From assembly GCA_964574895.1 (NCBI GenBank), contig CAZNPB010000001.1:18665-82664 (forward strand): a stretch of 64,000 nucleotides of DNA. Reading direction: 5' to 3'. The notes below the pieces were generated by a model, which was not told the DNA's origin, made no database searches, and saw nothing but the letters and a program-made list of their open reading frames with translations. A program made the translations under genes and the position numbers. Shown here piece after piece: positions 13,607-20,698 of this stretch (its first letter is position 1; each line of letters opens with the position of its first letter). Source of the DNA: an uncultured Eubacteriales bacterium. GTDB lineage: Bacteria > Acidobacteriota > Aminicenantia > Aminicenantales > Saccharicenantaceae.

Positions 13607-14805
13607 GTCTTTTTCTCGGGCTCGGTCGCCGTCTTGCGCTTGATGGGCGGCTTTTTAGCCTTCGCCTCTTCGGTCTTCTGCCGTTTCTCGAGCTCGGCCT
13701 TCTCCTGAGCGTGACGCTTCTTCAGCTCGGCGACCCGGCTCTTGGCCTGCTCTTCGACCTTCCTCTTCTCGACGGGGTTGCGGACCTGGGTCTTTTCTTC
13801 CTCCGCCTTGCTCTCGATCGCCTTGAGCTCGGCTTCCTGGCTCTCCTTGAGGAGCTGTTTCTCGGTCAGCTGCTCCTCGCGCAGGACCTCGTCCTCCCGC
13901 CGCGGGGTCCGCCGGTAGACGCGGCCTTGGGTCTGGCCGCCGATCTCCTTCTCGGCCTGGTTCTCGTCCAGGACCTGTTTGGGTTTGGCCGCTTCGTTGC
14001 GGCGGATGACCGGCTTGGATACGACCAGGTCCTGGCCCTCCTCCCGGGCCAGACCCGGCCGGGTGGAGTCCTTGAGCATATAGCGCTCGACGGGGCGATC
14101 GGTCTGGCGGCGGACCAGATCGACGTCGACGCCGTGGTTGAAGATCCGGCGGTCGCGCTCGTCGATATTGACGTCGAAGCGGGTCATGTCGATGATAGTC
14201 AGATTCCGCTCGGCCGGCAGGACCCGGCGGTCGATCGTCCGGTCGAGGAAATCGCGTCCCCGGACGAAATTCCAGGAATGGCCCGGAATGTCCCATTGCC
14301 GGCGCCCGAAGCCCCGGCCCGGGACGAAATCGGCGCCGGGAGGCAGGGGCGCCCAGCCGATATGGGTGTCGCCCCAGCGCCAAGCCACCCAGGCCGGGCC
14401 CCAAACGACGTCGGGCACCCAGAACCAGCCCATGCGCCGGTCCCAGCCCCAGCGGCCGTAGTGGAAGGCGATCCAGCCCCAACGCTCGATCGAGACCCAC
14501 GTCCAGCCGCAATCGGTCCAGGCCCAATGGCCGCGGGTGTAAGGCCGCCAGTTGTAGCCGACGTGGTTGGGGATCCAGACGTACCCATAGGGCCGCAACG
14601 AGACCCACAGCCCGTAGGGCTGGAGCTCGTCGTAGAAATAGGCGCTGTCGAGGTCGTCGTAACGCCCGTAATTGTCATCGTACGTGTCGTTGTCGTAGCC
14701 GCCGGAGTAGCGCCCCGATTCGTCGTAGGGCGCGTAGCGGATGCAGGACGAGCCGGCCGCGGCCAGGAACACGGCCAAGAGCAGGAAGCCGAGCGTCTTT
14801 TTCAT
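13603..14805 (-). CDS. Secreted/lipoprotein with a Trp-rich WxxGxW-type repeat region and a Lys/Glu-rich C-terminal tail
   Basis: Signal peptide with Cys (LAAAGSSC). The central ~120 aa are packed with W/G/Y repeats (GYNWRPYTRGHWAWTDCGWTWVSIERWGWIAFHYGRWGWDRRMGWFWVP...). The last ~130 aa are highly charged and coiled-coil-like. GGAGG RBS. Confidence 0.75.
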   Translation of the reverse strand: MKKTLGFLLLAVFLAAAGSSCIRYAPYDESGRYSGGYDNDTYDDNYGRYDDLDSAYFYDELQPYGLWVSLRPYGYVWIPNHVGYNWRPYTRGHWAWTDCGWTWVSIERWGWIAFHYGRWGWDRRMGWFWVPDVVWGPAWVAWRWGDTHIGWAPLPPGADFVPGRGFGRRQWDIPGHSWNFVRGRDFLDRTIDRRVLPAERNLTIIDMTRFDVNIDERDRRIFNHGVDVDLVRRQTDRPVERYMLKDSTRPGLAREEGQDLVVSKPVIRRNEAAKPKQVLDENQAEKEIGGQTQGRVYRRTPRREDEVLREEQLTEKQLLKESQEAELKAIESKAEEEKTQVRNPVEKRKVEEQAKSRVAELKKRHAQEKAELEKRQKTEEAKAKKPPIKRKTATEPEKKT

Positions 14806-14827
14806 GTTTCGCCTCCATGGCCATAAG

Positions 14828-14845
14828 TTGCAAGCTTCATGCCAA
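14828..14845 (-). promoter_or_regulatory. Sigma-54 (-24/-12) promoter
   Basis: The minus strand reads TTGGCATGAAGCTTGCAA, i.e. TGGCAT-N5-TTGCA against the consensus TGGCAC-N5-TTGCW. The GC element is ~25 nt upstream of the ATG at 14805, with GGAGG in the short leader. Confidence 0.65.
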
Positions 14846-14927
14846 GCAACCTTTTAGTCGCGCCAGGGAGCGTCGGGGCGGATTCCGTCCTCGATAACGG
14901 ACACCTGTCGGGGCCGCGGAGGACCGG

Positions 14928-16133
14928 TCAGGCCAGTTTCTTGAAGACGGTTTTGACGCGCTTGAGGGCCCAGTTGAGGTCCTTGTCCCGGATGATGAGG
15001 GGCGGCGCGAAGCGGATGACGTTCTCGTGGGTCTCCTTGCAGAGCAGCCCTTCCTTCATCATCTCCTCGCAGAAGCGGCGGGCGCCGCCCGCGGCCGGAT
15101 GGAGCTCGAGGCCGATGAGCAGGCCGCGGCCGCGGACCTGCTTGATGTGGCGGCTGCGGACCTTGCGCAACTTGTCCATGAACGCGGCGCCCCGCTCGGC
15201 GGCGTTCTCGACGAGCTTCTCGTCCCGGATGACGCGCAGGCTCTCCCGGGCCACGGCGCAGGCCAGGGGGTTGCCGCCGAAGGTCGAGCCGTGCTGGCCG
15301 GGCTGGAAGACGCCCAGAACTTCGCGGTCGGCCAGGACGGCCGAGACCGGGTAGCAGCCGCCGCCGAGGGACTTGCCGATGACGACCATGTCCGGGCGGA
15401 CGTTCTCGTGTTCGCAGGCGAACAGCTTGCCGGTCCGGCCGAGGCCGGTCTGGATCTCGTCCGCGATGAACAGGACGTTGTGCTTCCGGCAGATCTCCGC
15501 GGCCTGGCGCAGGTAGCCGTCGGGCGGCAGGAGGATGCCGGCTTCGGCCTGGATGGGCTCGACCAGGAAGGCGGCCGTGTTCGGGGTGATGGCCCGCTCC
15601 AGGGCCTCGGCGTCGCCGAACGGGACGATCGGGAATCCCGGGGTGAAGGGGCCGAAGTCCTTGCGGTAGTCCGGCTCGGTCGAGAAGCTGATGACCGTGG
15701 TCGTGCGGCCGTGGAAATTGTTGGTGCAGGCGATGATCTCCGCCTGGTCCTGGGGGACGCCCTTCTTCATGTAGGCCCACTTGCGGGCGGCTTTGACGGC
15801 CGTTTCGACGGCCTCGGCGCCCGAGTTCATGGGCAGGACCATGTTGTAGCCGGTCAGGTCGCAGAGCTCCTTGGCCAGCAGGGGCCACTGGTCGTTGCGG
15901 AAGGCCCGCGAGGTCAGGGTCAGCTTGCGGGCCTGCTCGATGAGGGCCTTGACGATGCGGGGGTGGCGATGGCCCTGGTTGACGGCGGAATAGGCGCTCA
16001 GGAAATCGAGGTACTTGCGGCCTTCGACGTCGTACATCCAGATGCCCTGGGCCTTGGTGACGACGACATCGAGGGGGTGATAATTGTGGGCGCCGTAGAG
16101 ATCTTCGATCTGAATGAGGTCCTGGCTGTCCAT
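14928..16133 (-). CDS. rocD: Ornithine--oxo-acid aminotransferase
   Basis: I set the start at MDSQDLIQIEDLYGAHNYHPL. Class-III aminotransferase with the typical OAT N-terminus (YGAHNYHPL, SAYSAVNQGHRHP) and the PLP lysine region. Confidence 0.9.
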   Translation of the reverse strand: MDSQDLIQIEDLYGAHNYHPLDVVVTKAQGIWMYDVEGRKYLDFLSAYSAVNQGHRHPRIVKALIEQARKLTLTSRAFRNDQWPLLAKELCDLTGYNMVLPMNSGAEAVETAVKAARKWAYMKKGVPQDQAEIIACTNNFHGRTTTVISFSTEPDYRKDFGPFTPGFPIVPFGDAEALERAITPNTAAFLVEPIQAEAGILLPPDGYLRQAAEICRKHNVLFIADEIQTGLGRTGKLFACEHENVRPDMVVIGKSLGGGCYPVSAVLADREVLGVFQPGQHGSTFGGNPLACAVARESLRVIRDEKLVENAAERGAAFMDKLRKVRSRHIKQVRGRGLLIGLELHPAAGGARRFCEEMMKEGLLCKETHENVIRFAPPLIIRDKDLNWALKRVKTVFKKLA

Positions 16134-16162
16134 GTTCCGGCTCCTTCGCGCTGGCGTTCGAA

Positions 16163-16254
<92 letters not shown>

Positions 16255-16290
16255 GTCGGGATCGGCGACGATCGCCCGTCCTAGGGGGGA

Positions 16291-16319
16291 ACCTTATCAG
16301 AAAACGGCCCTCCGGTCAA
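16291..16319 (-). promoter_or_regulatory. Candidate promoter TTGACC-17-TAAGGT upstream of tRNA-Ser(GGA)
   Basis: On the minus strand, ttgacc is at 16319..16314 and taaggt at 16296..16291, ~36 nt upstream of the tRNA 5' end. Confidence 0.35.
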
Positions 16320-16332
16320 CGCGCCGGCCCGG

Positions 16333-17367
16333 TCAAAAGGCCGGGCGGAAGATGTTGATGAGGTCCTTCAGCAGGGCCGCGGCGGCGCCGCGGGGATTGG
16401 ACCGGCCGCCGGTCAGGGTCACCGAGCCCATGGAATCGGTCAGGAAGGTGATGCCCTTCTCCGTGCCGTTGACGTGGGCCAGCGGGCTCGAGGCCTCGAT
16501 GAGCGAAGGCCGGACGTCGAGGCTCCAGCGCCCGCCTTGGCGTCCCGGGGCGGCCGTGGCCAGCAGTTTGACGGCCCGGCCCTCGCGGCCGGCCGCGCGG
16601 ACGAAGTCGGCGTCCAGCCCGGCGATGCCCTCGACATGGACGTCCTTCAGGACATAGGCGCTGTCCAGGCAGGCGTTGGTGATCAGCAGGATCTTGCAGG
16701 CCGAGTCCCAGCCCCCGACGTCGTGCTCCGGATCGGGTTCGGCGATGCCCCGGTCCTGGGCCTCCTTGAGCGCCAGGCCGTAGTCGAGGCCCTCGGCCAT
16801 CCGCGTCAGGATGAAGTTCGAGGTCCCGTTGAGGATGCCCTGAATGCCCTCGATCCGGGCCCCGGCCAGCGAGACGATGCCGACGTCGAGCGTGGGCAGG
16901 GCGGCGGCGGTCGCCCCGCTGAACTTGAGCGAGACGCGGTTCTCGGCGGCCAGCTCCTTGAGAGCGGGCAGGCCGACGACCAGGGCGCCCTTGCTGGCCG
17001 CCACGGCGTGCCAGCCGGCCTGGAAAGCGGCCGAGAGATAGGACAGGCCGGGCTCGCCCGTCCGGAGATCGGAGAGGGTGCATTCGACCAGCGCCCCGCC
17101 CGGGGCCTGCCGGGCGAGGATCTCGGCCGCGGCCAGGCCCGGCCGCCAGCACGGATTGCCGTCCGTCCAGGTCTCGCCGGCCCGGGAGATCCGGCGGACG
17201 TCGAGCGGGCCGCCGTCGTGGAAGCAGCCCTCGGCCCGGGCCACGGCCAGGATGTCGAAGGCCAGGCCGTAGCGGCGCTCGAGGTCTTCCCTCTTCTCGC
17301 GCAGGAGCGAGACGAAGGCCCGGCCGACGTGGCCGAAGCCCGTGATGACGAGGGGGATGGATCTCAT
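16333..17367 (-). CDS. hom: Homoserine dehydrogenase (no ACT domain)
   Basis: N-terminal Rossmann GFGHVGRAF and the catalytic-domain motif LNGTSNFILTRM...AQDRGIAEPDPEHDVGGWD. thrC is nearby. Confidence 0.85.
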   Translation of the reverse strand: MRSIPLVITGFGHVGRAFVSLLREKREDLERRYGLAFDILAVARAEGCFHDGGPLDVRRISRAGETWTDGNPCWRPGLAAAEILARQAPGGALVECTLSDLRTGEPGLSYLSAAFQAGWHAVAASKGALVVGLPALKELAAENRVSLKFSGATAAALPTLDVGIVSLAGARIEGIQGILNGTSNFILTRMAEGLDYGLALKEAQDRGIAEPDPEHDVGGWDSACKILLITNACLDSAYVLKDVHVEGIAGLDADFVRAAGREGRAVKLLATAAPGRQGGRWSLDVRPSLIEASSPLAHVNGTEKGITFLTDSMGSVTLTGGRSNPRGAAAALLKDLINIFRPAF

Positions 17368-17381
17368 GGGCGGGACATCAT

Positions 17382-17473
17382 TGGCGGAGAGGGCGGGATT
17401 CGAACCCGCGATCCCAATCGCTCGAGATAACGGTTTTCGAGACCGTCGCCTTCAACCACTCGGCCACCTCTCC
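17382..17473 (-). tRNA. tRNA-Ser (anticodon CGA)
   Basis: The minus strand reads GGAGAGGTGGCCGAGTGGTTGAAGGCGACGGTCTCGAAAACCGT...GGTTCGAATCCCGCCCTCTCCGCCA. Anticodon loop CTCGAAA, long variable arm, encoded CCA. Confidence 0.9.
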
Positions 17474-17504
17474 GCATACTCGGGACCCGACGAGAAGTTC
17501 GAGG

Positions 17505-17533
17505 ATTATAGCCGAAATCCCGGCCCTTGGCTA
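17505..17533 (-). promoter_or_regulatory. Candidate promoter TAGCCA-17-TATAAT upstream of tRNA-Ser(CGA)/hom
   Basis: Perfect TATAAT (minus strand, 17510..17505), ~31 nt upstream of the tRNA 5' end. Confidence 0.45.
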
Positions 17534-17543
17534 GCCCGCCGGC

Positions 17544-18017
<474 letters not shown>

Positions 18018-18090
18018 CTAACCCGGATGGCCGCCCCGGCGCAAACGCCGCCGCCCCCGGTCCCGTCTAGCCGCCGCCCCGGTTTCGGTC

Positions 18091-18096
18091 TATAAT
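18091..18096 (+). promoter_or_regulatory. Candidate -10 (TATAAT) for thrC
   Basis: Perfect TATAAT 30 nt upstream of the ATG. AAGGAG RBS at 18113..18118. Confidence 0.4.
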
Positions 18097-18125
18097 CCCG
18101 GCCATCCGACCCAAGGAGACCGAAT

Positions 18126-19343
18126 ATGGACCGGTTCGAATGCCTGGCCTGCGGCCCTCTCGACGACCGCGATCCGTACTCCCCGTTCTGCCCGTCGTGC
18201 GGCGATCCGGTGTTCGTGACCGCCGGCGTCCGCCCCGGCGGCCGGAGGTTCCATGAGGACAAGGCCCTGGCACTGGAGAGGTTCGCGGACTTTCTGCCGT
18301 TCGAGCGGATCGACGCGGACCTGAGCCTGGGAGAGGGCTCGACGCCGCTGGTCCGTCTCGGCCGCCTTGGCCGCGGTCTCGGCCTGGCCGGCCTGTGGGC
18401 CAAGAACGAGGCCCAGAACCCGACCGGCAGCTTCAAGGACCGGGGCACGGCCGTGGCCGTCCAGAAAGCCGTCGCCCTCGGCATGGGCCGCTTCGGCACG
18501 GTTTCGACCGGGAACATGGCCGCGTCGACGGCCGCCTATGGCGCCCGGGCCGGCCTGCGAACGGTCGTTCTGCTCAAGGAAGGGACTTCGGCGGCCAGTC
18601 TCCTCGGCGCCGGCATCTACGGCCCCGGCCTGGTGGCCGTGAACGGCGATTACGGGGCCGTCTTCGAGGCCAGTCTTTCGATCGGCCGCCGCTTGGGCCT
18701 CCCGTTCATGAATTCCATCGACCCGTACCGTCTGGAGGGCTACAAGCTGACGGCCTTCGAGATCTTCCTGCAGCTCGGCCGGCGGGCCCCCCGCACGGTC
18801 GTCGCGCCCTTGAGCTCGGGCGGCCATCTGCTGGGGCTCATGCGCGGCTTCGCCGACCTCGAGCGCGAAGGCCTGATCCGGGGCTATCCCCGGATCGTCG
18901 GCGTGCAGGCCGCGCCCTGCGCCCCGCTCGTCCGGGCCTTCGAACGCGGCCTGGCCCGCTGGGAGCCGATCGAAGCCGGCGTGACGATCGCCCACGCCAT
19001 CGCCAACCCGACCCCGCCCGGCGGAAACGCGGTGCTCCGCCTGATCCGGGAGCGCGGCGGCCTGCTCGTGGCCGTGTCCGACGCCGAAATGCTCGAGGCC
19101 CAGCGCGAGCTGGCCGCGACCGCGGGGCTGTTCTGCCAGCCCGAATCGGCCACCACCCTGGCGGCCCTGAAGGCGCTGGCCGCCGACGGCCGGCTGCGGA
19201 CGGGAGACGGCGACACGGTCGTCGTGCTGACGGGAAGCGGGTTGAAGACCCTTCATCTCCTCGATCCGGACCGGATCGCGGTCCGGCGCCTGGGCCTCGA
19301 CGGGCTCGAGGACGGGCTGGCCCGCCTGGTCCGGGCGGCCTAA
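18126..19343 (+). CDS. thrC: Threonine synthase (with N-terminal zinc-ribbon)
   Basis: PLP lysine motif NPTGSFKDRG. N-terminal CxxC...CxxC (FECLACG...FCPSCG). Fold-type II PLP enzyme. Confidence 0.9.
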   Translation: MDRFECLACGPLDDRDPYSPFCPSCGDPVFVTAGVRPGGRRFHEDKALALERFADFLPFERIDADLSLGEGSTPLVRLGRLGRGLGLAGLWAKNEAQNPTGSFKDRGTAVAVQKAVALGMGRFGTVSTGNMAASTAAYGARAGLRTVVLLKEGTSAASLLGAGIYGPGLVAVNGDYGAVFEASLSIGRRLGLPFMNSIDPYRLEGYKLTAFEIFLQLGRRAPRTVVAPLSSGGHLLGLMRGFADLEREGLIRGYPRIVGVQAAPCAPLVRAFERGLARWEPIEAGVTIAHAIANPTPPGGNAVLRLIRERGGLLVAVSDAEMLEAQRELAATAGLFCQPESATTLAALKALAADGRLRTGDGDTVVVLTGSGLKTLHLLDPDRIAVRRLGLDGLEDGLARLVRAA

Positions 19344-20416
19344 GGCTTCTTGACGAGGAGGTCGAAGAGCCTCTCCCGGTTCGGGAACAAGGCCGGGGTC
19401 CCGCCGGTGTGCAGGAAGAGGACCTTGTCGGTGGGCTTGAAGAACCCCGTCTTGATCAGATCCCGCAGGCCGGCCATGGCCTTGGCCGTGTACACGGGAT
19501 CGAGGACGATGCCCTCCGTTTGGAAGACCAGCCGGATGATCTCGGCGACCGTCTTGTCGACGACGCCGTAACCCTCGCCGAGGTATTCGTCGAAGACGAT
19601 GACGTCGTCGGCCATGAGGCCGAGGCCGAGACCGAGGGCTTCGTCGGCGGCCCGGCCGATCTCCAGGACGTCGTCCGAGAACGGCCCTTTCGGGTCCGAG
19701 ACGCTGATGCCGATGACCCGGCAGCCCGGATCCATGGCCCTGGCCCCGACGACGAGGCCGGCCTGGGTGCCGCCGGATCCCGTGGCATGGACGACGTAAT
19801 CGGGCTCCGCGCCCAGGCCCCGGGTCTGCTCGAGAAGCTCGGCGAAAGCCGCGACATAGCTGATGGCCCCGAGGGGCTTGTCCATATCGCCGCGGACGAG
19901 CGACCCGCCGACGGGCACGAGATAAGGCCGGTGGCCTTCGGCCCGGACTTCGCGGCCGGCTTCGTCGAGGACGTCCATGGCCTGCGTCGACTTGATGAGC
20001 TTGCCTTTTTCGGCTTCGAGGATGCGCAGGTCGGCGTCCAGGATGACCTCGAGAAGGACGTTGCCGTCGGCCGCGGCTTTGGCTTCGGCGGGCTTGAAGA
20101 GCATCAGGATGGGCTTGATGCCGAAGGTCCGGGCGGCCGCGGCCGTCTGCATGCACCAGTTGGATTGGAGGCTGCCCCAGGTGATGACGACATCGGCCTT
20201 CTTGACCAGCATGTCGCTGATGATGAACTCGAGCTTGCGCGACTTGTTGCCGCCGAAGGCCAGGCCCGTCAGGTCGTCGCGCTTGACGTAGATCTCGGGC
20301 CCGCCCAGGCGCGCCGAGAGCCGCTCCAGCTTGCGTACCGGCGTCGGCCGGCTGATGAGCTCGACGCGGGGGAACCGTTCGATCCGTTCCAGAACGTCGG
20401 GGACCTTGTACGTCAT
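19340..20416 (-). CDS. PLP-dependent ACC deaminase / D-cysteine desulfhydrase family enzyme
   Basis: Family motif FGGNKSRKLEF and SGGTQAG. The convergent 3' end overlaps thrC by 4 nt. Confidence 0.85.
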   Translation of the reverse strand: MTYKVPDVLERIERFPRVELISRPTPVRKLERLSARLGGPEIYVKRDDLTGLAFGGNKSRKLEFIISDMLVKKADVVITWGSLQSNWCMQTAAAARTFGIKPILMLFKPAEAKAAADGNVLLEVILDADLRILEAEKGKLIKSTQAMDVLDEAGREVRAEGHRPYLVPVGGSLVRGDMDKPLGAISYVAAFAELLEQTRGLGAEPDYVVHATGSGGTQAGLVVGARAMDPGCRVIGISVSDPKGPFSDDVLEIGRAADEALGLGLGLMADDVIVFDEYLGEGYGVVDKTVAEIIRLVFQTEGIVLDPVYTAKAMAGLRDLIKTGFFKPTDKVLFLHTGGTPALFPNRERLFDLLVKKP

Positions 20417-20456
20417 GGCCGTCCTCCCGTCGCTAGCGTATCAGAACGCCCGGGCG

Positions 20457-20492
20457 AAAAAAAGGGCTCTTCCCCCGATCCCGGGAGTGCCC
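20457..20492 (-). terminator. Possible rho-independent terminator formed by the end of element copy 2 plus T7
   Basis: The minus strand reads GGGCACTCCCGGGATCGGGGGAAGAGCCC followed by TTTTTTT. The stem is imperfect (GGGC/GCCC plus CTCCC/GGGGG). It would insulate the BNR gene transcript from the downstream gene. Confidence 0.4.
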
Positions 20493-20530
20493 CCTCTCTT
20501 TGGCTATGCTCAGGGCAGGCCCGGAGCGAC
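20464..20530 (-). repeat. Copy 2 of the ~67-nt conserved intergenic element (partner 6356..6422)
   Basis: The reverse complement aligns with 6356..6422 (see that feature). Confidence 0.75.
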
Positions 20531-20698
20531 CACGTCGGCGCGTAGGTCAGAATCACGACCGAGCACTCGAGGTCGGGATTCTGAGATGTATCTTAGAAAT
20601 GCGCTTTCCTCCGATATTTCCCAGAAGCAGGACTCCGAGTCGCTCCGTCCTGCTTCTGATGGTCGCTCCGTTCCTCCGCTCCTGCCGGCCCCGGCCCG

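Noticed and set aside
20590-20595. TAAGAT hexamer (minus strand) as a promoter that would make 20417..20590 a riboswitch/attenuator leader for the D-Cys-desulfhydrase-family gene
   Set aside because: It has no TGn extension and no acceptable -35. A better TGaTACGCT -10 lies immediately after the T7 run, close to the gene. The second element copy is not in an equivalent leader position.
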